From Blastocystis sp. Blastoise (Eukaryota > Protista > Bigyra: Opalinata), in NCBI GenBank assembly GCA_039096225.1, contig JBBPEB010000014.1:682001-746000 (forward strand): a stretch of DNA of 64,000 nucleotides, written 5' to 3'. Within the stretch, counting starts at the first letter, position 1, and each line of letters begins with the position of its first letter. Below, in pieces: positions 45,301-60,862 of this stretch. The translations under genes were made by a program, and so were the position numbers. The notes under the pieces were generated by a model. It was not told the origin of the DNA. It worked only from the letters and a program-made list of their open reading frames with translations, and did not search any database.

Positions 45301-48300
45301 ATGACCTGTTTTTTCATCAATAGTAATACCAACAGGAAGACTTGGTTCTGAATTCCAATTATGATATAAATAATTATAATCAGGAATAAATTCTTCTATA
45401 TATGTACCTACATATAAAGTAGTAGTAGGTTTATAGAAATTAAAAGAAGGATAATCATATGCTAATGAAGAAGAATACACTTCTAATTGATACATATTCA
45501 CAAAATTACTATAAGGACTATACATATCTACAAATCTAAATTCATTATATATTCCTCTCTTCTCTTCAGAAATAGGGAAAATAACACGTTTATTAAAATG
45601 CCAATCTACAAATTCTTGACGATCAATATCTATCCAATTCTCATTTCCATTATTATTTTGACGTCCTTGTAAAGTCCATCGATAAGGATAATTATCAGGA
45701 TTCTTAGTATCAACAACAATAGCATAATGATTCATATAGAAATATCTATAATTTAAAAACAAAAATAAAAAATATTTAAAGATCATATTATATATATGAA
45801 TAATTTAAATATATATAGAAAATATAATAAATAATATGTATATACTCATCTCTCTTAGATGTAATAGTAAATGTGGTTTCTTTTGGATAAAACAAACTCA
45901 ATTGATCCTTATAATTATGATCAAAAAGGTACTTGAAATGAAGAGCATCATATTTAGGATAATATATTGAACGAGTATCTCCTATAGATTATATAATATA
46001 ATGTTATTTAGATAATTTAATGTTATTTATAGAATATAATGTTATTTATAGAATATAATATGATATAATATAATGTTATTTATAGAATATAATGTTATTT
46101 ATATAATATAATAAAACAGAATATAATATACTATAAAATAAACCTATAAACACTACATAAATATACCTTTACCAATATCTCTCATGAACATATCAAAAGG
46201 AACACTAGGAATAGTTGTGTTCATATCAGGGAGAATAGCTACAGCTATAATATTCTTCTTAGAACTACTGGATTTGAATAAGAAGGATTGAGGGAATGTA
46301 ATTCTATACAAAAAATATATAGATATACATAAATATTTATGTATATAAAAATATATACCTTCTATTATAGAGAGTAGTATAAGAAGTAGATACAGTACTT
46401 GTAGTAGAAATAGATCTATAAATATAAAGTATATTAAATAATTAAAGAAAAATAATATTAATAAATTACACCAAAACAATATAGAATACTATATACCCTT
46501 CAATTCTATTTGATAAAACAAGATGTTCATTAATATATATTTGAATACCTGATAAATACTTTACATAAAGTTCATTTACTCCATATTCATCAATAGTATC
46601 TACATCAAAAGAATATCTAAATAAATGAACTTCTTTACTCATAGCAGAACTACTACCTATATAATTCTCCCAAGTGTTATCATCATAATTACTAGAATAC
46701 CAATTTGCAGGTATTTCTCCAACTTTATGTTTTAGTGTAGATTCATAATAGAAATAAGTATTAGTATTTAATAAGAAATTGGTGGATCCATACATGTTAA
46801 ATCTTTCATAAAAGATTTGTTCAAAATTAACAAGTTGTGTTTCATTAATTACTTCTTTATAATGTATAGGAGATATATATATCTGGAAAGTACTCTCAGA
46901 TGCCCATTGTGTAACTGTACTCTTATCATATTTATAAAATCCAATAGAATAGATATCTTTTGGTGCACATATTTGGAAATAATCTTTATCATTATCTCTG
47001 GAGACATAAGAATAAGGCATTTGTTTCCATAGTATTTGCTTTGTTGTCGTTGAAGTAATAAATATAGCTTCATCCGATGAAGTTAAATCACCATATGTAC
47101 GAACAAAGAATAAATGATCCGTGTTACAATCTATATATATATTTATTTATATAGTTATATATATATATATATATATATAGTTATATAATGAGATAATAAT
47201 ACTATGATCGAATTAACTATATATAATATACATTCAATAGCAATAGTTAAAGTGACTGAATATGTTTCAGGATAATGAGCAGTAATTGTATATTGAGTAG
47301 CAGTTTGAATTACACTAGTCTAAAAAATATATTATAAAAATAGAAAAAAATAATATATATAGAAATAATAAAAACAAAATAAATATAAAAAATAATAATA
47401 GAAACGAAAATATATAAATATATACAGTTCCTGAGATTACGCCATTATATGTATTGAATTCCAGTCCTTCAGGTAAAGACGGTGAAATCGTAAAAGCAGA
47501 GTTTCCCGCAAATACTGGAGTAATAGGAATAATAGGAATGAAAGGGTTTAGAGTAATAGACAGAGAACTGTAAGTCAAATGAGTAGGAAGAGAATTACAG
47601 GTATAAAGATATACCTCTCGCATAGAAGATGAACTACCACCAAGATTCTCTACAGATATAGAAATAGAGAAAAAACAATAAGATTACATAACTTATAAAA
47701 ATAAAAAATATATATATAGTAAAGAAAAAAAACATAACTAATAGTATTAGAATATTTTTCTATGATATAAAAAGAATAGAATAGAATAAAAAAAACAATA
47801 ATTTGTATATAAGAAATAATAGAATAAAAAGCAAGTGATAAAGAATTCTATAAATATATACTAAGAAGATGGAATTGAAATTGATTGAAAGCTTTATTAT
47901 TAGAAGATAAGTAATGTGTGCGGTTACCGTTAAGAGCACCATCATTCGTACGATAATCTAAATAACTCCATTCATCACTGTCGGAATTACGACCCTTAAG
48001 AGCGTAATCACGTGCAGAGTATTCAGTTATATACGGAGAAAAGATAGTATAACCGCTTACTTGGATATATCTATAAGATAACAGAAGGTATAAATATATA
48101 TACATATATAATTAATAATAAAAAACGACTAATAAATATATTTAAAAATAATGAAAAATTTATAGACTATAAAAAAAGTATGTAGTAAGAAAAATCTATG
48201 AATATTTATAATAATAGAAAGAATAAATACGTGTTATTTTGGAGTGTAATAGAAACAGAAATATCATTAACTTGAGAAGTAGGTGTCCATTCGGTATTCA

Positions 48301-49685
48301 TAAGGAAATCAAAAAGTGCATAAGCACTCTTAGCCTCTGGCTGTCCTACTGCAACTGTTTCATCTAATGTATAAGCACAACCTAGAAGAAACATAGATTC
48401 ATGATTATATAGAGAAAGAGCAGTATATAATAAAATATATATGTTAAGTAGATGATATCTAGATAAAAAAAAGATTTTGAAAAGCAAAAAAAAAAAAAGC
48501 ATTAAATATAAAAATTATTTTTATGTTTATATAGAGTATTGTTTATTATAAGATGAATAAAAGGAGATTATATTATTATATACCATTATCAGCTGAGATT
48601 AAGAAATAAGATAATGATAAGTTGATATAAGTAGTAGCTCTACTTGTAGAGTCTTCATTATGAATATGAATGGCTAAAGTATTTACTTCTTGAAGGTAAT
48701 AACCAGATAATACAATACTATATATATATTGTTATACATAATTATATAAATATATATATTTATAGTGATTTATAATTATATATATTTATAGAACTAGTTA
48801 TATGTAATTATAGAACTAGTTATATATAATTATAGAACTAGTTATATATAGAGATTCCTACATACCGATTATAGAAGGAAGAATCAGTTGTATTTACCCT
48901 AAATATACATAAATATAAGAAACTATAAATGAATAATTATACATCAACAAAAAAAGAGTTTTAAAATAATAATATATATATTATATAATATGTAAAAGAG
49001 ATATAAATACTGTTGACCAGACCAAACTAATTGTTCTCTTAAATAAATTTCAGCATTTCCAACAAAATTAATGGAAATTGTAAAAGCTGCAATAGTATTA
49101 TAATTTGGTAAATTAAATATTTTTCTATAATACTGATCATTGTCACTATTTTCTATTTGACTGCCTGTAGTAATGTCACTCCATGTTGACGTACTATAAT
49201 CATACTTATACCAATCACCCGTAGGTGTAACTTTAGTATAACGAAAAGTATCACCTCTATCAATAGGATTCAAAATTGAAAACGTTTGTTCAAAAAGGTT
49301 TCCTTCGGGAATAGAAACTTTAGTAACAAGTGAACCGTATCTATCATAAGCGGCAAAATAAGAATAAGTAGTTCGTGAACCAGACGAAGTATATTGAAAA
49401 GTATATTCACTATTCAAGGTGGCTGGTAATTCAATTTCAGTGTAAATTTCTTGTTTATTTTGACAAGTAAGATCAGTTAACTTGGTTAATTGTTCTTGAG
49501 TTTTGCCCCAAATAGAAAATTTATCGCTGTAAGGGTCATAGCAGTAGTATCTGATATAGAAACGAACAGTATCATTATTAGTTGATGTGGCACACACAAA
49601 ATCTATAGATTAATAACGTAAAAAAAAATGAAAGAAACATACTAATACATAAAATAGATAATATGATGTACAAAAACGGTATCAT
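42380..49685 (-). CDS. Large type I membrane/surface protein with putative Ig (He_PIG-like) repeats and discoidin/galactose-binding-like modules
   Basis: Signal-like MIPFLYIILSILCI. Ig repeats SLPEGLEFNTYNGVISGT, SLPVGITIDEKTGHITGIP and LPNGLVFDTEKGTISGIP. Cys-rich stalks, TM SIILIIGSSASILLVIAIIIVILI, basic tail. Many GT-AG introns. Confidence 0.85.
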
Positions 49686-50503
49686 TCTTAAAATAATATA
49701 AAAATAAATGATTTATGTTGATTAAATCAAACGCAAGATATAAAAGCTTCATTCTCTTCTGTTTGTGCGTCACAAACAAAATTAGATTTCTTCTCCATTT
49801 TCCATTTGGATTGGCTACAGGAAATTATGAGAAATTTCCTGCTGTTTTCTGTTCAAGTTGAATTCGTATAAATATGCTGAATATAAAAGTGATTTCCCTT
49901 TTTAAAGTTGTATGTCACTCTAAAGTGGCTATAGATTTGATTCAATGATTATTATAACAAAAGATTACTTCTTTTCAATCAAATGTCATGTTGATCACAA
50001 AGATTTACATTTCCAGAAGTGTTGTTCATATGCAAAGGTCTTTATAAGATGTTTCTAATAATTGAATACTTCTTATATTAAAAGTGAGTTGAATGAAATG
50101 AACAGCTATCACATGAGAAACTTCTTTTGTCAGTGTTTTTCTATATTTTCAATATTTTTAAGTATTGGAATCATAAAATGATGCAGTAAAAAGGACATAA
50201 TAAGACATAAATGTTTTGATTCATGAAGATTATATATTATTTTTGTTACTGCTATAGTAGCACAATGATTTTCGAGCGTTTAATAAAGTTATGAATAAGA
50301 ATATATACTACCGAAACTGAATTAGTTTTCTGAATCCTTTTTCAAAGGGTAATTATACATGCATAGAATATGATAGACTATAATGATCCCAAAAATAAAT
50401 TTTAAATGAATAAAAACTAAAAAATAATTTTTTATTATTCATTTATGAACTCAAAATAAAAAAACATTTATTTTTTTAATAAATATTTCAAAACTTCATA
50501 AAA

Positions 50504-53205
50504 ATGGTGTTGAATGTATTGATGGTGGCTGAGAAGCCATCGATCGCTAGTAGTATAGCTGGAATATTAAGTGAAGGAAAGGCTCAACCTAAAGGAGGTA
50601 AGTTACCTGTCTATGCTTATTCAGGAAAGTTTCAAGGAAGAGATGCTAACTTTAGAGTATATTAAATAATAAGTAGAGAATATATATATTCTATTTTTAT
50701 GTTTCTTATAGGTTACTTCAGTAGCAGGTCATGTTTTTAACTTAGATTTTGCTCCTGAATATCAAAATTGGGATACTACAAAGTTTGTTGATTTATTTGA
50801 AGCAAAAACTATTAAGAAAGAAGCTACTAATGGTATTATTCGTCATTTAAAGGAAGAATCTAAAGGAATGTATGATATTTCGTTATAATTTAACTATTAA
50901 TTCATTAGCGATGCAATTGTTTTATGGCTTGATTGCGATAAGGAAGGTGAAAATATTTGTTTTGAAGTTTTAAATGTGATTCAAAATTCTATTAGAAATA
51001 TTAAAGATCGATCCAAAGTATTCCGAGCTCGCTTTAGTTCTATTACTGCTCCAGGTATATAGTAGACGAATTTATTTTTAAAAAGTTATGACATATTATT
51101 TAATTATAGATATTCGTAAAGCTATGCAAAATTTAGTTTATCCCAATGAGAATGAAAGTCTTTCTGTAGAAGCTCGACAGGTATATATTTGTTATTATAT
51201 TATATAATATATACTATATTATTCTTTTATAATTATTTATGTTGTAGTATTCTATTTTATTCTATTCTATATATATATAATTTTTTTTCTTTATAAAGGA
51301 ATTAGATTTAAAGATAGGTGTTGCTTTCAGTCGTTTTCAGACAAAGTATTTCCAAGGGAAATATGGTGATTTAGATAGTACTATTATTAGTTATGGTCCT
51401 TGTCAAACACCTACGTTGGGATTTGTTGTTGAACGACATGATCTTATTAATCAATTTGTACCTGAAGTAATTATATTATTATTATTATTTTTTGAATAAT
51501 ATGTTTTTATATTTATTTCTATTATATTGTGTTCTAAGTTATGTGTATTCTATGTGTATATATATATCTATATAGAAATATTGGTATTTAAATGTAGTTC
51601 TTAATAAGGAGAATCATGATATTGTTTTAAACTGGAAACGAGGACGAGTTTTTGATCATGAAGTATATATATTTATTGATATATTATTTTTATTATGTTA
51701 TTTTATATTATTTTATATTATTTTATATTATTTTATATTATTTTATATTATTTTATATTATTTTATATTATTTTATATTATTTTATATTATTTTATATTA
51801 TATTATATTATTTTATATTATTTTATATTATTTTATATTATTTTATATTATTTTATATTATTTTATATTATTTTATATTATTTTATATTATTTTATATTA
51901 TTTTATATTATTTTATATTATTTTATATTATTTTTATTATATGATTTTGATAAAACTATATTAATAAACTATATAAATTTATTTTTGAATAATTTCTATT
52001 ATATACTTAACTTTATTTATTTATATGTTTCGTCCTCTTTCTCTTCATTCTCTATAGGTCGCCTTTATGTTTAGTTCTTTATTTCAAGATATAACATCTC
52101 TGACCGTTACATCTATTAATAAGAGCACAAGTCGTCATCCCCCGCCGCTCCCTTTAAACACCGTAGAAATGCTCCGATTAGCTAGTAAAGTACTAGGCAT
52201 GGGACCCCAAGTATATATATATATGATAATTATATCTTATTTTATTACTTGAAATTATATCATTAAGAATTTATTGTTCTTATCTTATATTTTATTCTAA
52301 TGTATATATATTTATATAATATCTATATATAGGAAACAATGCAAATAGCGGAGAGACTTTATTTAAATGGCTTTATATCTTATCCACGAACAGAAAGCAC
52401 ATCCTTTCCTCAAGCCTATGATATCGTGTATATATATGATTTATTATTATTATATTTCTTATAATTATAAAAGTAATTATTATTCTTTATTATGATTATG
52501 ATTATTATGTTAATGAATGATGCATTAGAATTCTATTGATACTACTAATAATACTCTATAGAGGTAATGTTCGTCAACAGACATCTCATCCTCTTTGGGG
52601 TACTTATGCATCCAATCTTATTCAGAATGGAATACGTAAACCTAGAAAAGTATTTCTTAATGATATTCTTTATTATTATCGTTACTATAAATTAATATAT
52701 ATATATATTATCTATATAGGGAGTTGATGCTGGAGATCATCCACCAATTACACCCACAAGTCCCGCGGGAGCAGGAGCATTATCAGGAGGTGAAAATAGA
52801 CTTTATGAACTTATTTGTAAACATTTTCTTGCTAGTCTCTCTCAAGGTATACATATATATATAAATATTCTTTTTTCTGATTATATAATTTTTTTATATT
52901 GTTGTTAAAAATGATATATATATAACAATATATATCTATACCATTATAGATAGTGAAAGTGAAAGAGTTAGAGTTACTTTAGAAGGAGGAAACGAAGTAT
53001 TTTCATATTCATATACAAATATTATCAAACCTGGATTCACAGAAATATTATATTCTTCCGTATTCAATATATATATTGAAATACTATATATTCATTATCT
53101 TTCTTTTTTATAAATTTATTTTTATTTATTTATAGTATAAAAATTTTGAAGATGACGATGACGATGAAGAAGAGAAAGATAGTCTTTATAATATTACTTT
53201 TTTAC

Positions 53206-53266
<61 letters not shown>

Positions 53267-53360
53267 AATTATTTCAATTTTTTTTTAATAGAATGAAGTG
53301 ATTCCTATTAAAACAAAAGGAATAAAAGAAGCCTTAACATCACCTCCAAGTATACTCTTA

Positions 53361-53405
<45 letters not shown>

Positions 53406-53738
53406 TATTTAATGGAGCATGAATTGATTTCCTTGATGGAATCCAATAGTATTGGGACAGATGCCTCTATTGCAACACATATTAATAATATTATTACTAG
53501 AAACTATGTAACAGTCACTGGAAATCGTATTTATTATTATTATTACTTTATATTCATTTCTTAATAATATATCTATATTATTTATATAATTATAATTTCT
53601 TTAGGTCAGTTAGTACCTTCAAAACTTGGTATTGTATTAGTTCATGGATATTATTCTATTGATAGTGATTTAGTTGAATCAAAATTAAGAAGAAATATGG
53701 AAAGAGAATGCAATCTAATTGCCAATGGAAATGCAAAG

Positions 53739-53771
<33 letters not shown>

Positions 53772-54680
53772 TTTTTATAAAGTATATTATCCTTTTTTAT
53801 ATAACTATTGTCTATATTATGAATGCTTATTTTTTATATTTGTTTCTGTTAATATTTTATTATTATATAATAGTTCATTATTATTAGTATAATAGTATTA
53901 TATAATTCTATAATTAATATATTATTATTACATTTTCTATAATTAATTTATAGTTTTTATTACATGAATATATAACTGCTATAAAACTATTCTACGTTAC
54001 TATATAACTACTATATAATTATTATTATATTCTTCTCTAGACTCCAAGATGTTGTTAACTATACGTTAAATATATTTAGAAACAAATTTTTATATTTTAT
54101 TGCTCATATCAGTGTATATACATAACTTATTTTGATATTATTCATTTATTATTATACTCTTAAACAATTCTTTTTTAATTGACATTTACAACTATATTAT
54201 TATACTTCTATCTTATATATATAGTTAATGAATAGTTTATTTGAGCCTGAATTTAGTAGTATCACGTCTACAGGGCGTTTCCTGTCTCGTTGTGGTATAT
54301 GCAAACATTATATGAATTATATCTCTGCCGCTCCACAAAGACTGTACTGTCAAACATGTAACTCTGTGTATATATACTTTTAAAAATGATATTTATATAA
54401 TTTTATTGAATGTTATATGATAATTTTATAATTAATGATATTAATAATGAGATATTTGAATAATCTTAAAATTTCAATAATTAATATAATTTTTATAATT
54501 TGAATAGTTATTTATAATTTGAATAATTTAAAGAATTTAAAAGATAATATAGTTTCCTATATGTTTCTCTATTAATTACATTTATATATAGATATAAACT
54601 TCCTCAGAATGGTACTATTAAACAATATAAAGAGTTGAAATGTCCTTTAGATAATTTTGAACTTGTTATGTTTTCTACAG

Positions 54681-54721
<41 letters not shown>

Positions 54722-56080
54722 ATTCTATCTGTATTATCCTGTTTCTTATTTCTATATTATATTTCTATATTATATTTCTATATTATATTTCTATATTATA
54801 TTTCTATATTATATTTCTATATTATATTTCTATATTATATTTCTATATTTCTTTACATTATATCTATAAATATTCTACAGGAAATAGTGCTAAAGCATTA
54901 GGTACTACGTATCTCTTATGCCCTTATTGTTATAATAACCCGCCATTTGAAGATCTATGTAATATGGTATATTATATATCATGAATACTATGATTCATCA
55001 TACTATGTATTATAAGAATAAAAATACTATTCTTTATATTAATTATATTAATAATAACAACAAAAATAAGAATACTCTTCCTATATTATTCGCATTCTTT
55101 ATTTTTTCTTGATTATTATTATTATGTATAATATATATATATATCTAGGGTTGTAATAGTTGTTTGAATCCTTCCTGCATTTATGGGCTTCATCAAAATG
55201 GTGTTTGCTTGTATATATATATGATTATATATCTCTAATTTTAAAAATAGTATTACTATATTTTTGATATTATATATATATATATATATATAGATGTCCT
55301 AATTCTATTGAAGAAACTCCTTGTTCTGGAATGATGGTATTAGACAGAGAATCGAAACCAAACTGGAAATTATGTTGCAATAAATGTAATTACCTTATTA
55401 AGTATATCTATAGATAATTAAAATAATATATATATATATTGTTTTATAAATACTTTTTTTTTTGATGTTTCTATATATATATATTTACATACATTTTTTC
55501 TTTATAGATTTACTACTCCTATTCATATGATTCGTGTTTTATATGATGAAAAATGTCCTGAATGTGAGTCTTCTCTACTTAATGTATATAACATTATTAT
55601 CTATTAATGTTTCTTTATTATATAATAATTTAACATTATTATCTATTAATGTTTCTATATTATATAATAATATAACATTATTATCTATTAATGTTTCTAT
55701 ATTATATAATAATATAACATTATTATCTATTAATGTTTCTATATTATATAATAATATAACATTATTATCTATTAATGTTTCTATATAATATACTATAACT
55801 ATTGATCCTAGATTGAATTCAATAAAACAAATACACCCTTACATGATGGAAAAACATCGTATGTCTATATTATTACATACTATACATATATATCAAATTA
55901 TTCAATATTAATGTCTATATATCTAGTTATGAAGGATGTATATTATGTGATGATTTCTTAAATAATATGATAGAAGCTAAGAAAGGAAGAATGAAACATA
56001 TTTCGTTAATTAAAAAATCAAAAGGGAAAGGAAGAAAAGGAAAATCTCATCGTAAACATAGACATGATGATGATTTCTAA
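50504..56080 (+). CDS. TOP3B: DNA topoisomerase III beta
   Basis: [57 protein letters not shown] (catalytic Tyr), [18 protein letters not shown]-terminal Cys4 zinc ribbons and a basic tail. Confidence 0.95.
51698..51932. repeat. Intronic (TTTTATATTA)n 10-mer array
   Basis: More than 20 copies in a TOP3B intron. Confidence 0.9.
55586..55790 (+). repeat. 42-bp intronic minisatellite (about 5 copies)
   Basis: Repeated taacattattatctattaatgtttctatattatataataata inside a TOP3B intron. Confidence 0.9.
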
Positions 56081-56704
56081 TTTATTTTATTATAATATCT
56101 CTTTTTTTTCAAATTGTTTTACCTTTTTGTCTATGTCTTATTCTATTTTTTGTTCAAAAGTGTGTTTTGTTGTGTAAATATTTATTATAAAGAAATCCTA
56201 TATTCTATAATGTATACAATACATCATAATATCACAACCTATAACTTTTCCATCAAGTCGAACCTGATTATTCAATCGAAATCTATGTTCATTGAACATA
56301 TATACTCCTAATTGTATTTGAATATAGATAATACTTACAAGGGAATATTATATTTATCTAGAAAATGTAGTTATCACGTTAAACAGTTTAATCATATTGA
56401 AATTTTTTCTTTTGAAAAGAATTTACATTTCATTTTAGAGTAATAAAAAGAAATTAAGTGACTCGTTTCAACTTTATTCATTAACAATATGAAGAGAATT
56501 CAACAAATAGACACCATCTTCGCATTCAAGAGAAATATTTAAATAGTATTGGCACAAAAGTTGTATCCAAAATGATTCAAACGATGACGAGCTCCGAAAA
56601 ATCTTTTATTCTGTCTTTTCAGCCAGACTTAATATATACTGAAAAAACACAGCTATTCTATGGGTATTTTCTGTTGATGTTATTCTGTTTTTTGGAAGAT
56701 TATA

Positions 56705-59489
56705 ATGGATGCATTATGGGATACAAAAAAACCTTGTCTCTTGTCAAAGCGTAAGAGCTCTCAAATATTTGAATTTCGTTCCTGGTTTTTAATGTTGATT
56801 GCTTTATATAGGTCTTTTTCCAGATACATTTGATAGATGTTGCTCAGGAAAAGAGGAAAAAGATCGCTATTATAAGATGGCATCCGATAAAATAAAGACA
56901 ATTATTGAAGACGATACATTCTTAACTCAAAAACCTCAGATTATGTGGGGTGATAAAGATTTCTATGTATTTTTAAAATTGAAGACTATCTGCTATCTAT
57001 ACGATCATTTATTTTAGGTATATAATCCAACAGGCATTTGCCAAGAATGTTCTCTCTTTGTAAAGATTTACAAAATCTTTAAGGAGAAAGAGAGGATATC
57101 GGAAAATGGTAATTGAAATTCTTATTATAAATTTTTACAAAAAAATGTATTTTTTAATTGCTATTTTTCTTTAGAATTATATAATCTTCTGTTAAACACA
57201 ATCGAAGGCAAAAATATATATAATTCATATCGAATGAAGAAGCCGTCTATTGAAGCAAGAGAGTTCCTTACAGATATTTTACAATTTTTATCAAAACCTT
57301 GTTTATTACCTCCTGATTTACCATTTAAAGAAATCTATGTTTGTCCTGGAATCATAAAGTATATATTTATACACGATTTACTATTTATTTAATGTTTATT
57401 TTTCAATTTTGTTTTTTTAAAGAAATGATTACAGTCCAACGATTTGGAGTCTCAATAAAGATATATCATTTTCTAATGATAATGTTCTTGTACATTTAGA
57501 GGAAAGTTATTTAGATCCTACTCTATTTGAAACTGCTAAAATGGATCATCAAAATGTATATATATATATAATTCTTCAAAATAAATTTTTGATATTCATT
57601 ATTTATTATATACTTTTTTATTTATAAATATATATATATACATAATTTAGGTAAATAAATACTTAGCTTTAGAACGGACAAAAAGACGATTAGTTGTATA
57701 TAGATATTATTTTGTTTATATATATATGTATTTTATTTGTGATTCTAATATATATATATATATATTCTATGTTGTATTGATATTATAGAGAGTATTAATG
57801 GATTCATTAGAGTCAAATTATATTTCGACTGATGATACTTCTGTTGATACTAATGATAAAGAGAATAATGATTCTAAAGGAGTATCTATGCCAATGAATT
57901 CATCAAATGAATTCAATAATAAAGTACTCGATAAGAAAAAGGATATTCCCAAGAGTACTATTAAGGAAAGTGGATTAAAAGATGACTCTAATAATAATAA
58001 TAAGGATATAAATAATAATACTCCTATACCATCAGAAACAGAAAATAAGGATGATATTTCAAAAGATAAAGGAGAAAATAAGGCTGATCTTTCAATTATA
58101 GATGTTTCCAAAGAGAAAGAAACAAGAGAAAATAAGATTCCTTCTAAATCGGATGATCTGTCTATAGATATTATGAATGAAAATGAATCGAAACTAAATA
58201 TGAAAAAGAATACTATAATATCTATGTCTAAGAAAAGAAATTTATATTGGGAGGATAAAACATATTGTATTCAAAATTATGAGTATATTGCTATTTTATT
58301 ATTGTTATATTGTTATTTTTATTATTATATTTTTTTATTATTTTTATTATTATTTTATTAATGTTATATTGTTTTTTTTATTATTATATATTTTTTTTTA
58401 TTTTTATTATTATTTTATTAATGTTATTTTTTTATTATTTATATATATATTTTTTATTATATATTTTTTTATTATTTTCATTATTATTTTTTATTCATAA
58501 ATGTTCAATGAATAGAACTCTTTTACATTTATATTATATTTTTAGATTTACATATATAAATAAAAGAGCTTTAATGTGTTTCTGGAGGCAAGAAATTAAA
58601 AGGTATATATATATATATATAATTAATTAATTATATAATAATGAATATATGAATATATATATAACTTCTTTTAATTATATTATTAGAAATATATATATAT
58701 TATATATATATATATATATACTAAATAATAATTCATATGTATAAATAGATATACAAGTTCTGGTAATCCATTTGCATATATTGATTCTAAGACAGGTCAA
58801 AGAACAACTGTTCCTTCTGTCGGTAATATTCATCATTCTGCTATAGAAGATAGTATTCTCGAAAAACATCGAATGGAACAAGTCTCTTTACAAAGGTATA
58901 TATTTATAGTATTCTTTTCTTTTTCAAGATTCTTAATGGGCTACCATGTTCTTAATATAAATATTCTTGTTATTAAAATATTTAGTCAAATAAATATTTT
59001 TTCTGAAATATTTTTATAACACATTTACATATCCTCCTTTTATTTACATTTTATGGAATATTTATATAATACATTTATATATCCTCTTTTAATTTACCTT
59101 TTATAGAATATATTTATAACACATTTATATATCCTCTTTTTATTTACATATGTTTTGTAACATGTTTTATTACCAAAAATAAATAGACTTTTATTTTTAT
59201 TTTTCTCTATAGTATTGTCTATGATGCCTTTTTGCGTGCTGGCACCTATGATAAAGATACTATTGTAAATGAAGTTTATAAGTCTCAATATATTATATCA
59301 AATAATCCAAATACACTCAAACAAGTATATATATTATAGAATATATATTTAAAAGAAAATCACACATTACTGTAGTATATACTATTATATATATAATTCT
59401 AGGTATATCTCCAAATTGATAATTATATATCTTTATTTTCATCTCAAATTTCTCGACTTTCTCTTAATCAACCGAATTATCAACAGTAA
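56705..59489 (+). CDS. NFRKB (INO80 subunit)-like winged-helix protein
   Basis: Splices in frame from ATG 56705. The C-terminal FWRQEIKRYTSSGNPFAY..TTVPSV..SILEKHRMEQVSLQSIVYDAFLR..IVNEVYKSQYI resembles the NFRKB FQEQERxRY..F.F / TILSLVRDAAARL / LKDSQF segment. Confidence 0.6.
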
Positions 59490-60862
59490 TGAATGAATAA
59501 CTTCTTTCTTATTATCCAATTTATATATATCTATTTCTTATGTTCATTTTTGTTCTCATCATTTTTCGTTTTTATTTGTTCAGTATTTTCCCAATCTATA
59601 TATATATATATAGATTCAATCTATTTTCTCTTTTTATTTATAATACTCTTTTTTTCTTTTTCAATTTTTTCATATTTTATATTCTTATTAAATGATTGTT
59701 ATTCATCATTGGTAATAAGTAATAGTTTCAATCATAATCTATTTTTTAAGTTCTTAAAATTTTATATATATCTTTTTATATCTCATATAGACCATTTCTA
59801 GCATAGAAAATGTTCAAGCGCCTCTTTTCTTGATATACTTCAAAAGTATATCTTTTTCCATATCTTTGTTAATTTATTTTAAATTAAATAGCCATCTTCA
59901 ACCAACTTTATTATCAAGCTATTAATAATAATTTGAGTAATTCACTACTCTCATTTTCATAAATACTCCTTTTCCTATTCTTTTTTGATAATAGAATAAA
60001 TCACATTTCATGTTTTTTTAAAGTCATTCTAAGAAATATAACATCGTTTTTTATTCCTATAAACATCTAATTATATGGATGACTTTAACCATATAATATC
60101 AAGAAAAAATAAGCATTTTTGATAACTGGCTACTAATTGTAAATCACGTTCTTAACTAATTTGTTATGATTTATTATTTAGCCTTTCATATACCTAGTTT
60201 CATGAATATAGATAAGACACATCTTAACATAATATTTTTGTTCTATATTGAACCATTTCAACCATAAATATGTGAGAATGGACTCTTCTCTGTTTATTCT
60301 TTGAACTAAAAGTTTAGTAAAGCAAAGTCCATATAAAATATTACCACTCATTACTTCTGTTGCTAAAACGACGTAGAAGGAGAAATTCTTCATTAGTCAA
60401 GCCTCTAATACTAAAAACGTTGGATAATGAATGACACGTTTAGCCTCACTAAAATATCTGTCCAATAAACCTATTGAATATGCGATGATGAAGAGATATG
60501 TCATCATGCTATTCCACAGTTCTCTAGAAGTCAGTTGCTTTTACATAGAACGAAGATTCGACTTTGGATTAAATAAGAAAAAACATTACAGTCAACTTAG
60601 GAATATCATAATCATTCTTTAAATAGACGAATCAAATCGGATGAGATTCAAGAAGCAAATGAAATTAACTGTAGTATTGTTCTTTTTACTGATTGTTGGA
60701 CACTAATAATTTACCGTGTTTCATGTTTCTTTTGTCTATTTTGCCTAATTCAGATATTTGTTTTATGGTTTTTTAGAAAATCCAAACAGACATGTATATC
60801 TTTTCTTTCCTGATCGACTTATTCATATTTTATTTTATTTTACATTTATATAACTATTCGAA

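Noticed and set aside
30150-55790. CRISPR array or transposon suggested by tandem repeats
   Set aside because: The repeats lack unique spacers and are either zinc-finger coding units or intronic satellites. No transposase, RT or terminal repeats were seen.
56572-56754. ORF-track start for the NFRKB-like gene
   Set aside because: Its frame does not splice into the next exon, whereas ATG 56705 in another frame does.
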